A stretch of 32,584 bases of DNA from positions 1-32,584 of the forward strand of contig JACQKW010000003.1 in NCBI GenBank assembly GCA_016204385.1, read 5' to 3'. Positions 7,554-15,899 of this stretch are shown piece by piece. The translations under genes and the position numbers were made by a program. The notes below the pieces were generated by a model, which saw only the letters and a list, made by a program, of their open reading frames with translations, made no database searches and had not been told where the DNA came from. This DNA is from Candidatus Liptonbacteria bacterium (lineage in GTDB: Bacteria > Patescibacteriota > Minisyncoccia > UBA6257 > 2-01-FULL-56-20). Numbering within the stretch: the first letter of the stretch is position 1; the number at the start of each line of letters is the position of its first letter.

Positions 7554-7694
7554 TTATAAGACGGAATGCACTTCGGGCAAAAGGGGGTCCCGCCTCTGTC
7601 CCGCCACCGCGGGACTACGGACGGGCAAGCGGGGAAAAGGTTTGTTTTCCCGGTGTCTGAAGACCCCGCCTCCGGCGGGGGCGTTAGAAACCAT
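7554..7694 (-). repeat. GACAC-hairpin-GACCC element copy E1 with antisense copy of copZ GMHC codons; open throughout as a 46-aa ORF
   Basis: 7653-7692 matches 10238-10277 at 37/40 nt; 7559-7570 is the exact reverse complement of 7512-7523. Confidence 0.75.
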
Positions 7695-7699
7695 TGAAT

Positions 7700-10171
7700 C
7701 TACGCCTTTTTCTCCATCGGCGGCGTGTAGCGCCGAAGCAAAAGCGAATTCGTGACGACCGACACAGAACTTAGCGCCATCGCAAATCCGGCGATCTCGG
7801 GCCGCAAGGTCGCCTGCGAGAGATTGAAGAAAATCTGCCCGATGCCGGAACCGAGCGCATTGCGCGCGGCGAGTATCCAGTCTGACGGCACGCCGAAGGA
7901 CGATTGCGTGAGAAGCAAATGAATGCCTCCCGCAATCGGTATCGCGATGATGTTGTAGATGAACGCCCAGAAGAGATTTTGCCACACCTTCTTGATGGTC
8001 TTTTTGGAAAGCTGGATCGCGGTGACCACGTCGCGGAGGTCATCCTTGACCAAAATCACTTCTCCGGTCTCGATCGCTACGTCCGTGCCCGAACCGATGG
8101 CGATGCCCACCTCCGCCTGCGCGAGGGCAGGGGAGTCGTTGATGCCGTCGCCAACCATCGCAACTTTTTTACCCTCCGCTTGGAGTTTTTTCACGACGTC
8201 CGCTTTCTGCTGGGGCAAAACCTGCGCGAGATAGCGGTCAATGCCAAGTTGGTGCGAAATTGCCTCGGCGGTTTTGGGGTTATCGCCCGTGATCATGATA
8301 ATTTCCTTGCCCATTTTCTTTAATCCCTCTATCGCCTCATGCGCGTGAGGTTTCAAAGTATCCGCGAGCGCGAGAATGCCGATAATTTTCTTCTCTGACG
8401 CCAAAAATACGACGGTTTTCGCCTCTCTCTGTAATTTTTCCACATCCACCTCGAATTCCTTGATATCCATTCCCAAACTTTCAACGAACGCGCTGTTGCC
8501 GATATGCACTTCCTTGTTCCCGATTTTTCCCTTCACGCCCAAACCCGCCACCGCCTCGAAATCGGTCACTTTGGGGAGCTCGCCGATCTCCGCTTTCGCT
8601 TTCTCCACGATCGCGCGCGCAAGCGGATGTTCGGAGCCCGTCTCAAGCGCGCCTGCAATCGCAAGCGCATCTTTTTTATTCATATCCCCAACCACCATAA
8701 AATCGGTGACGTTTGGCTTCCCGATCGTGAGCGTCCCCGTCTTGTCAAATGCAACGGTCGTAATTCTGTATGATTTTTCAAGCGCTTCGCCGCCCTTGAG
8801 AATTATGCCGAAATTGGTCGCGCGGCCGATGCCCACGATGAGCGCTGTGGGCGTGGCTAACCCCAAAGCGCAGGGGCAAGAGATCACCAAGACCGCGATC
8901 ATGCGGAGGAGGCCCGCACGGAAGGGGAGACCTGCCCCGAAATACCACCCCGCAAAGACCGCGATCGAGAGCAGGACCACGGCGGGCACGAAGTATTCGC
9001 TGATTTTGTCCACAAGATTCTCGATAGGCGCTCGCGACGCCTGCGCTTCCTCCACCATCCGCACCACCTGATAGAGGAACGTGTCTTTGCCGACCTTCGT
9101 TGCTTTGAAGGTTATCAAACCCTCCTGATTGATGGATGCGCCGATCACTTCGTCGCCCACGGTTTTCGAGACCGGATACGACTCGCCGGTCACCACTTTC
9201 TCGTCAATGTGGCTTTTTCCTTCGGTGATCATCCCGTCCACGGGGATCTTTTCGCCCGGCCGGACCACGATAAGGTCGCCTTCCTTAAGCTGGTCTACGG
9301 GCACAAGCTCTTCTTTACCGCCCTTCAGAACATGCGCCTCTTTTGCCTCGAGTTTCAAGAGTTCTTTGATGGCGTTCGATGCCCTTCCCTTTGCGCGCGC
9401 TTCGAGAAATCTTCCGAGGAGAATGAATGACAGAAGCGCCGCCGAGGACTCCCAGAACGGGTGGTCAATGTTAAAGAAAAGAAATCCGATTGCCGAGTAG
9501 AAGTACGCGGCAGAGGTCCCTAAGGCGACAAGCACATCCATGTTTGCCGAGCCCACGCGGATGGAGGTGAAGGAATTGCGGTAAAACGGCCACGCAATCA
9601 CAAACTGTATCGGCGTGGAGAGCACCCAGTAAATATAGTTCAGATCTATCCGAAACGGGGGATTCGCCACATTCACGAAAATGCCCGCGATGGCTTTTGA
9701 TGGTTGCGCCACGATCCAGAAAAGGTAATTCGTAAAGAATGAGCCGTATGCGGCAAATCCCTCCCCGGTGAGCGACGGCTGGCGGAGATTCAGAAAATCA
9801 AACAATTCATGCACATGCGTTACGTTGAACATGTGGATGAGCATATAGTAGAGGATGATGGGCGCGGAAATGACGAACGCGGCAATCACGCGGCGCTTTG
9901 CCTCCTCGATCTGGCGCGCTTCTTTTGCCTCCTCGTCCGCGGGCGTCGCTCCGGCTTCATCCGGCCGGATGAGGTCATAACCCAGCTTATTGATAAGCTC
10001 ATCAATCCGCGTGAGCGTGATCTTCGATTCGTCGAACTCGATCGCCACCTTCTCCGCGCCGTAGCTCGTCGTGATGGACGTGATGCCCTCCTGCTTGCCG
10101 ATCAATTTATCAATCAAGACCGAACAGGAAGCGCAATGCATTCCTTTAACTTTTAAAATATATTTACTCAT
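7700..10171 (-). CDS. copA: Cu(I)-translocating P1B-type ATPase
   Basis: N-terminal GMHCASC HMA, TGES, CPC in TM, DKTGT, SEHPLA, GDGIND, YN..IP and MALSS Cu(I) signatures. Confidence 0.95.
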   Translation of the reverse strand: MSKYILKVKGMHCASCSVLIDKLIGKQEGITSITTSYGAEKVAIEFDESKITLTRIDELINKLGYDLIRPDEAGATPADEEAKEARQIEEAKRRVIAAFVISAPIILYYMLIHMFNVTHVHELFDFLNLRQPSLTGEGFAAYGSFFTNYLFWIVAQPSKAIAGIFVNVANPPFRIDLNYIYWVLSTPIQFVIAWPFYRNSFTSIRVGSANMDVLVALGTSAAYFYSAIGFLFFNIDHPFWESSAALLSFILLGRFLEARAKGRASNAIKELLKLEAKEAHVLKGGKEELVPVDQLKEGDLIVVRPGEKIPVDGMITEGKSHIDEKVVTGESYPVSKTVGDEVIGASINQEGLITFKATKVGKDTFLYQVVRMVEEAQASRAPIENLVDKISEYFVPAVVLLSIAVFAGWYFGAGLPFRAGLLRMIAVLVISCPCALGLATPTALIVGIGRATNFGIILKGGEALEKSYRITTVAFDKTGTLTIGKPNVTDFMVVGDMNKKDALAIAGALETGSEHPLARAIVEKAKAEIGELPKVTDFEAVAGLGVKGKIGNKEVHIGNSAFVESLGMDIKEFEVDVEKLQREAKTVVFLASEKKIIGILALADTLKPHAHEAIEGLKKMGKEIIMITGDNPKTAEAISHQLGIDRYLAQVLPQQKADVVKKLQAEGKKVAMVGDGINDSPALAQAEVGIAIGSGTDVAIETGEVILVKDDLRDVVTAIQLSKKTIKKVWQNLFWAFIYNIIAIPIAGGIHLLLTQSSFGVPSDWILAARNALGSGIGQIFFNLSQATLRPEIAGFAMALSSVSVVTNSLLLRRYTPPMEKKA

Positions 10172-10389
10172 CGTTGTGTGTTAAAGGAATGCATTGCGCC
10201 GAAGAAGGGGTCGGGAGGAAAGTATGAAGTTCCTCCCGTGTCGGAAGACCCCGCCTCCGGCGGGGGAGCTAGAAACCCCGCCTTCGCCCAACGGCTACGG
10301 ACGGGCAGGCAAGGGTGTCTAAGGAGTTTTGAGCGGCAGTCGAAAGACGACGCACAATGCATTCCTTTCACCTTGAGAACGTATTTCAT
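10168..10389 (-). repeat. GACAC-hairpin-GACCC element copy E2 between a duplicated copA 5' end and copA; open as a 73-aa ORF overlapping the copA start (ATGA)
   Basis: 10180-10199 is a perfect 20-bp inverted repeat of 10131-10150; 10348-10389 encodes [14 protein letters not shown] versus Cop[16 protein letters not shown]. Confidence 0.8.
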
Positions 10390-10391
10390 AT

Positions 10392-10862
10392 CTACTGGGT
10401 CTCCGAAATTATGCTCCTCACATGCATCTTCCCGATTTGATCAAAATGCCCGCGCTTTTCTCCGGCATATGCTCCGCCCTCCACCACGCCGCCCGGGAGT
10501 ATCGAGCTGTCGCCGCAGGGAACGGAGCAGTAATAGGGGAAATCGCCGACCTGCGTCGCGACAAATTCGGCTTTTATAGTCTGGTTCGCGGGCACCCGCT
10601 GGGAAATGCCGAATGCGTCAATCGAGAATCCGTGGTCAAAATCATCTTCATTGACGACGGTAAGAATAATTTTATCTCCGCGTTCAACCGTAATTTCCTC
10701 GGGGTCGAATGTCCAATGGAGCTTCCGCGCGGTAATTGTAATCTCGCGGACGTTTCCCGTTGTAACCGGCGCGGACTCTTCCGACCGGATAAACGCGGTA
10801 TAGGCGATTCCACCTCCGATGATGACAATTCCTACGATGATGAGCCAAAGGTATTTGTTCAT
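10392..10862 (-). CDS. Membrane-anchored cupredoxin-domain protein
   Basis: N-terminal TM; FDPEEITVERGD, HGFSI, YYCSVPCG...GHFDQ (CuA/COX2-like fold motifs). Confidence 0.85.
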   Translation of the reverse strand: MNKYLWLIIVGIVIIGGGIAYTAFIRSEESAPVTTGNVREITITARKLHWTFDPEEITVERGDKIILTVVNEDDFDHGFSIDAFGISQRVPANQTIKAEFVATQVGDFPYYCSVPCGDSSILPGGVVEGGAYAGEKRGHFDQIGKMHVRSIISETQ

Positions 10863-10925
10863 AAATTCAAAATTCTAATATCTAAATTCTAAACAAATTA
10901 TAAGCAACAAATTCTAAACTCTAGA
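10863..10925. repeat. AAATTCT-type heptamer array (downstream arm of four-helix-bundle gene)
   Basis: AAATTCA AAATTCT AATATCT AAATTCT AAAC...; inverted relative to 11269-11325. Confidence 0.75.
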
Positions 10926-10927
10926 CA

Positions 10928-11293
10928 TTACTTTGATTTCTCTATTATTGAGCCGAGGATTTTCATAAGTTCTGTTGACTCTTGAATAAGCATTTCTTGT
11001 TCATGGCGATTTTCTTCTCCTGGCTCCGCGAGTCTTAGCCACAGCCTACTCTCCTTTGCCTCCTTTTTGGAAATCTTAGCTCGCATAAGAAAATCCTTCT
11101 TACTTAGAGATTCGTTCGCTTCGATATAATTCGCGGCAACAGAACCAGCAGATCGGACAAGTTGCTTGCCGTTTTCGATATTCGGTATGGTCTTCGGCAA
11201 TTTGTTCACGTAATTATTCACACGTTTTGCAAAATTCAACGTTCGTTCCTCAAGATTATAATTGCCTCGTTTGGAATTTGGAATTTCGCCCAT
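10928..11293 (-). CDS. Four helix bundle protein (23S rRNA intervening-sequence protein family)
   Basis: LEERTLNFA, QLVRSAGSVAANYIEA, KKEAKESRLWL motifs. Confidence 0.9.
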   Translation of the reverse strand: MGEIPNSKRGNYNLEERTLNFAKRVNNYVNKLPKTIPNIENGKQLVRSAGSVAANYIEANESLSKKDFLMRAKISKKEAKESRLWLRLAEPGEENRHEQEMLIQESTELMKILGSIIEKSK

Positions 11294-11325
11294 TTGGGAT
11301 TTGTTTAGAGTTTAGGATTTCGGAT
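11269..11325. repeat. Inverted heptamer array (upstream arm of four-helix-bundle gene)
   Basis: ATTTGTTTAGAGTTTAG (11299-11315) is reverse-complementary at 16/17 nt to 10882-10898. Confidence 0.75.
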
Positions 11326-13533
11326 TTAGGGCTTCTTCATCACAGGAACCGTGATATAGCGCTTCACCCCCCAGCTCAGGAGCACGATTGCGATCGCTGA
11401 CCAAATGAGATTGATCCACCACGGCGAAAGGGAAAGCCCGGGTCCTGCGGCCGCCACCTCTACATAAAATTCGGCAGTGAGCGCCTCGTCGGGAGGGAGA
11501 TCAATGCCTTTCGGGCGGAATTGCGCGAAGAGCTTGTAGATTCCTTCCTCGGGGAAGGTGACATGGAATGAAATCTGTTCCGTCGGCTCATGGGAGTGTT
11601 CACCGCCGTTCGCACGCGCGAGCGGAACAATGCCGGGCGCGCGGCTGTGGAGATGGTCGCCGCTCTCGGGATGCGTGTGGATATACGCGCCCCAATCATC
11701 TTTGATAATCGTAAGATGCATATCCGCCGCAAGGTACGGTTCAACCTCGACTGGCGTGCCAAGCACGTCGCGGATCTCGAAGACCAAATCTGCTTCCCGC
11801 TCTTTCACAAGCCGCTCTCCGCCAGAGAAGCCAACCTGATAGTCGCCCACGATTACGTTCGTGAGGTATTCGACACTTTTTTCACTCCGCGGGCCGTCTC
11901 CTTCCACGGAAAACGGAAGGTGGCCAGTCGAGTGTGTCTCGCCACCGCGCCTCACATCAGACCATACCTTGTAGGTACCCGGCTTCTTGAACACATAGGG
12001 CACTGACCAGTAGCCCGTCTGCTGGGGGTGCCCCAGCACCACGTCGGGTGCGGGGCTACCCTGAACCCCGCGTGGTTCAGGGTGGATATGAAAAAATTCA
12101 TTCAGGTCGTCGCGGGCACCAATCACATGAATGAACTTTTCATGCTCAATCTCAAGGTCGGTAACCGGAACATTCCCCGGTTTTTTATTCACAAAGAAAT
12201 CGAGCCGCGCGATGGTCCCCGCGAGGACAGGAACAGGCGTGATATTGAAATTCACCGCAAGGCCTTCCGTGATTTCCCCTTCCTCGTGGTAGAGCGCGCC
12301 GCCGTGCGCCTCGTTATGGCCGTCCGGTATCATGCCGCCCTCCATGCGCATCTCTTCCGCGGCATGCGCCGCAGTTTGGTGCCGAAAGCGAGCCGGCAGA
12401 GCATAGCCGAACACCGCAATAAGGAGGAGGGAAAGCGTAACGAAATTCCAAAAAAGATATGGTAGCGTTCGCCTTGCGGTAGTTTTTTCTGGCGTTTCAG
12501 ACATAGCTTCTACTTCTTTCTTTTTCTTCTTATAGTGCCAGAAAAACGGCAGGATCCAGAGGAACAGCAGGACCCACGTGCCCCACGCAAGCGGCAACCC
12601 CAAGAGCCCCGTGTGGCCCGCAAGTTCCTCCCCGCCGTGGGCATGGGGCGCCGCCGCTCCCAAGCGTTCCGATATGGCTCCCAAAAACCGTTCCTCTTGG
12701 GTAATTTCTTCAAGAAGCGTGTGCTGTCCCGAAAGCACCCACCAATCGTGCGTAAAGAGTCCTAAGACAATAATGAAACCGGCAACGAATACCATGCCCC
12801 AGCCGGTCGCGCGCGAAATTTTTTCCTTGTGCTTCACCAAAGCATTCAGCGCATTCACGCCGATAATGCCCAGGATCGCGAGGAAAAGAAGCGGCAGGAT
12901 GCGGCCGATCGCGTGCACGAAAAAGAGGAGCCAGCCGTAGAACACGTCTCCGGAGACGGCGATCCTCGTGAATATCACGGGCGTTGCGGGGTGGGGGCAT
13001 CCCACGCCGATGTTGCCGAGGAACAATCCCAAGAGAAGCGCCTTGAATACGTCTTGCTGGCGCTGAATGAATCCGGGGAACGCGCCGCTGTAGGACGGCA
13101 TGTGGAAATTCACGAGCCCAAGCTCGCCCAGCGCAAAAAGATAGGCGAACGCTCCGGCAACAAAATAGAGCCAGTTCTTTACCGTCTCGAGCGGGGCGCC
13201 CAAGCCCTCGATCGCTACCTTCCCAACGATCGCAGCGATAACCCCATACATGCTAAGGGTGACGGCCACGCCCAACCCAAACGCGATTGCAATCAGAAAT
13301 CCCTTCGCCGGCCCCTTACCCATCGAGAGAGGCACGATCACAAATGCCAAAGGCAGGGTGCAGGGGAGCACGATCATCGAGAGTCCTGCCGCGAAGCTGA
13401 AGAGATACCATCCAAAGCCCACGGGAGCGGCGGCGCCCGCGCCGAAGAAAAACCAAACTAAACCGAACGCGATAATCGCAAGAAACGCGAAGAGAAATGC
13501 GATGAGAAATTTTTTCGATCCGGATTCTCCCAT
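11326..13533 (-). CDS. CcdA/DsbD-beta-like membrane domain fused to two His-rich extracytoplasmic domains
   Basis: FAAGLSMIVLPCTLP and GVGCPHP TM cysteines; HEKFIHV..FFHIHP and MHLTII..YIHTHP repeats, G.YK.(W/F) motifs; C-terminal TM. Confidence 0.8.
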   Translation of the reverse strand: MGESGSKKFLIAFLFAFLAIIAFGLVWFFFGAGAAAPVGFGWYLFSFAAGLSMIVLPCTLPLAFVIVPLSMGKGPAKGFLIAIAFGLGVAVTLSMYGVIAAIVGKVAIEGLGAPLETVKNWLYFVAGAFAYLFALGELGLVNFHMPSYSGAFPGFIQRQQDVFKALLLGLFLGNIGVGCPHPATPVIFTRIAVSGDVFYGWLLFFVHAIGRILPLLFLAILGIIGVNALNALVKHKEKISRATGWGMVFVAGFIIVLGLFTHDWWVLSGQHTLLEEITQEERFLGAISERLGAAAPHAHGGEELAGHTGLLGLPLAWGTWVLLFLWILPFFWHYKKKKKEVEAMSETPEKTTARRTLPYLFWNFVTLSLLLIAVFGYALPARFRHQTAAHAAEEMRMEGGMIPDGHNEAHGGALYHEEGEITEGLAVNFNITPVPVLAGTIARLDFFVNKKPGNVPVTDLEIEHEKFIHVIGARDDLNEFFHIHPEPRGVQGSPAPDVVLGHPQQTGYWSVPYVFKKPGTYKVWSDVRRGGETHSTGHLPFSVEGDGPRSEKSVEYLTNVIVGDYQVGFSGGERLVKEREADLVFEIRDVLGTPVEVEPYLAADMHLTIIKDDWGAYIHTHPESGDHLHSRAPGIVPLARANGGEHSHEPTEQISFHVTFPEEGIYKLFAQFRPKGIDLPPDEALTAEFYVEVAAAGPGLSLSPWWINLIWSAIAIVLLSWGVKRYITVPVMKKP

Positions 13534-13955
13534 TATTGCATAGTGCTGGTGAGCGGTTTCTCCTTCGCAAGGAGAATGAAGAAAAGTGCGAGCGAGGCGC
13601 CCAGAAGCCCGATGTCGCGGAAGGTAATCAGGAAATTCGCTTCGCTAAAGGGCATAAACGCGAGTGCAAGAATCGCTGCGAACTCGAGCGTGGAGAGAAG
13701 CGCAATCCACTTTACGAGCACGGGTCTTGCAAACCACGCGAGCAGCACGAGGGCAAACACAACCTCCACCGCGCCTTGAAAACGAATGTATGCGTCCACG
13801 GTCATGACTTTTGAGATGAGCTCGCGGAGCCAGAAGGGGATTGCCCACGTCCACGCGGAAGGATGGCGGATAAGGTCCTGGCCGGAATACAAATACATCG
13901 CGCCGAGCGTGATTCGCAGCGACCATTCAGGGGAAATTCTCATTAAAAATTTCAT
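13533..13955 (-). CDS. DoxX-family membrane protein
   Basis: LRITLG..YLYSG, G.VEV, RDIGLLGASLAL. Confidence 0.8.
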   Translation of the reverse strand: MKFLMRISPEWSLRITLGAMYLYSGQDLIRHPSAWTWAIPFWLRELISKVMTVDAYIRFQGAVEVVFALVLLAWFARPVLVKWIALLSTLEFAAILALAFMPFSEANFLITFRDIGLLGASLALFFILLAKEKPLTSTMQ

Positions 13956-13956
13956 A

Positions 13957-14223
13957 TCACTTTCCTGACACTTCTTTGAGCTTTGCGACAAGTTTTTCTT
14001 TGTTAAATCCGCCGGTCGAAAAAAGCTCGCCGTTTATGATGATCCCCGGCGAGGCGAAAATCATGTATTTTTGCACCAGTTCCTGTCCTTCGGGTGTCGT
14101 GACCATCATCTTTTTATACTCAACGTTCGGCCAGTCCTTCTGAATCGTGCTCCAGAACCGCTCAAACTCGGCGCAATGCACGCATCCCGGGGCGGAGAGC
14201 TCCTCGAGCAGTACTTTCGTCAT
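13957..14223 (-). CDS. Thioredoxin/glutaredoxin-like protein
   Basis: APGCVHC active site, ASPGIIING cis-Pro loop; TATAAT 8 nt before ATG. Confidence 0.88.
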   Translation of the reverse strand: MTKVLLEELSAPGCVHCAEFERFWSTIQKDWPNVEYKKMMVTTPEGQELVQKYMIFASPGIIINGELFSTGGFNKEKLVAKLKEVSGK

Positions 14224-14270
14224 TTCATCCAATTATACCATACACAGCGCCGATATTCAGATAGAAAAAG

Positions 14271-14297
14271 AAAAACGCCCCGCCGTATGGCGGGGCG
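14271..14297 (-). terminator. Intrinsic terminator
   Basis: CGCCCCGCC..GGCGGGGCG stem followed by a T-run on the minus strand. Confidence 0.7.
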
Positions 14298-14313
14298 CCT
14301 CGCTCAAGGCTCT

Positions 14314-14442
14314 TCAGCTCTTCAAAAGAAGAATGATGACAACCACGCCGATAAGCACGGTGTCAACGACAAGGAGGGTAAGTACTGTTTTTGCCCTCTG
14401 TTTCTCGCGTTTTTGATCAACCCCCAGAAAGTTTTCATCCAT
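14314..14442 (-). CDS. Small C-terminally anchored membrane protein (42 aa; absent from ORF track)
   Basis: MDENFLGVDQKREKQRAKTVLTLLVVDTVLIGVVVIILLLKS*; followed by terminator. Confidence 0.55.
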   Translation of the reverse strand: MDENFLGVDQKREKQRAKTVLTLLVVDTVLIGVVVIILLLKS

Positions 14443-14492
14443 TCCTTCCACGTTTTTATTCTATCATAATGCCTGCGCGAAATACAGAGTAA

Positions 14493-14521
14493 TTGACAAA
14501 GTTCATACACCTGCGTATTGT
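14493..14521 (+). promoter_or_regulatory. Putative sigma70 promoter
   Basis: TTGACA-17 nt-TATTGT; AAGGAGGT SD before GTG 14556. Confidence 0.55.
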
Positions 14522-14555
14522 GGGAGCTAGAAACCTTGCGAAGGAGGTGGGGGGC

Positions 14556-14900
14556 GTGAACCGAGAAGAGAAAGACAGATTACTCAAGAAGATTAAGCGG
14601 GATATACGAATACTCTCCGCACTCGAGGTTGTGTGCGAACGTTGCGCAGAATGTACCTCATCGCTCGAGCGATTCTGCACATGGTGCGGCGCCGAAAATC
14701 CGGCATTCAGTCTCGAAGAATTCACGGATTACCACCATGAACCTTTCGAGAGAGTGATGGGACGTAACTGCCGCGATAACCATATCGAAGAAAAGGAAGC
14801 GATTTTCGAGGTTGCGTTTCCCTTTAATCCGGGATTCTGCCCTTTCTGCGGCGCACCGTTCCCCGCGGTACCCACGCAGGAAGTCCAGGGCACTCACTGA
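14556..14900 (+). CDS. Zinc-ribbon hypothetical protein
   Basis: CERC, FCTWCG, C..NH, FCPFCG motifs; strong SD. Confidence 0.7.
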   Translation: MNREEKDRLLKKIKRDIRILSALEVVCERCAECTSSLERFCTWCGAENPAFSLEEFTDYHHEPFERVMGRNCRDNHIEEKEAIFEVAFPFNPGFCPFCGAPFPAVPTQEVQGTH

Positions 14901-14902
14901 CA

Positions 14903-14932
14903 ACCAGCCATGCACATCGGCTGGTCTTTTCT
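14903..14932 (+). terminator. Intrinsic terminator
   Basis: ACCAGCC..GGCTGGT stem plus CTTTTCT. Confidence 0.55.
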
Positions 14933-15703
14933 TTATACATACCCGATCTTCTTGAGCCAAAACTCATTTTCCCATTCCCATAATTTTTTCGCCGCAAGGA
15001 ACGCCTCGAAGTCGTCGTTCCAGTAGGGGAATTCCTTAAGCTCAACGACGCCCTTCACCTCGCCCCAGCCGTGTTCGCCCACCCCACACGCCGGAATGCC
15101 GTTTCGCATGGTCTTTATTTTTTCTCTCCCGCCTTTCGTCCGAAGCGTTGCCCCGCACCGTACGCACGTTTGAACTTGGTCTATCCGCAATATCCACCTC
15201 GTCTGGAGATTCCGAAACTCCGACTTAAGCGCTTCCATATACGCGGCGGTCTGAAGATTGTAATCCCGATAGATGCCCTGCGAGGTTTTAATGTCCATAA
15301 CCCCGAACTTGCCGTCAATCAAGGCAAGCGCGTCAATCGTGCCCGCGTAGCGATGATCGTGGTGCACAATCCTTCGCTCAATGTATTCCTCCGCGGTCTG
15401 GATATTTTTTTCATCGAGAAATACTTTGAATGCCTCGATTGCGGGGGCAACCGTGGGATCAATGTCAGGCGTCTTTCCCAGTAATATCGCCTGGGCAATC
15501 TCGTGGACAAGGGTGCCCTCGGCGGCAGATTTTGTCGAAACACTTTGCGCGGCTTTATAATTTTCCGCCTCGCCGTAGAACCGGAGGAGCGCCGGCTTGG
15601 CCTTGATCCCGACAATCTTCGTCACCCGCGGAAACCACGCGCCGTCGAGCGTGTAGCCGTTTGCGCTCTTGAAGCTTTCGGCATCTCTGTAGAAGTCGAA
15701 CAT
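14933..15703 (-). CDS. PD-(D/E)XK nuclease-superfamily protein with Zn-finger-like insert
   Basis: PRVTKI, GTLVH, YAGTIDA, DIKTS, LQTAAY; CVRC...C...H insert. Confidence 0.8.
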   Translation of the reverse strand: MFDFYRDAESFKSANGYTLDGAWFPRVTKIVGIKAKPALLRFYGEAENYKAAQSVSTKSAAEGTLVHEIAQAILLGKTPDIDPTVAPAIEAFKVFLDEKNIQTAEEYIERRIVHHDHRYAGTIDALALIDGKFGVMDIKTSQGIYRDYNLQTAAYMEALKSEFRNLQTRWILRIDQVQTCVRCGATLRTKGGREKIKTMRNGIPACGVGEHGWGEVKGVVELKEFPYWNDDFEAFLAAKKLWEWENEFWLKKIGYV

Positions 15704-15829
15704 CAGAATAGGAGATAGGACTTAGTTATTAGGACTTAGAATCTTCTATTAGATACTATCAGAAGGAGGAGGGGAATTCCATCGGCTGGGCGCTGGCAGG
15801 GTTTTAACCAATTATGACTTACGGTTGGC

Positions 15830-15858
15830 TTGCTTTTTTTGAGGCGTTATGCTATAAA
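15830..15858 (+). promoter_or_regulatory. Putative sigma70 promoter
   Basis: TTGCTT-17 nt-TATAAA with TG extended -10. Confidence 0.5.
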
Positions 15859-15899
15859 TCACCCCAGCATTTCATTCCATATAACATCGGGGGTGCGAG

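Noticed and set aside
10863-11325. Diversity-generating retroelement (Avd-like fold)
   Set aside because: No reverse transcriptase and no TR/VR pair with adenine-specific mismatches; the copA duplicate differs at synonymous sites, not specifically at adenines.
14522-14535. 14-nt match GGGAGCTAGAAACC to element E2 (10264-10277)
   Set aside because: An isolated 14-mer match is plausible by chance in 32 kb, and no GACAC/GACCC core is nearby.
14933-15703. Cas4/CRISPR assignment
   Set aside because: No four-Cys Fe-S arrangement, no cas genes and no repeat-spacer array in the window.
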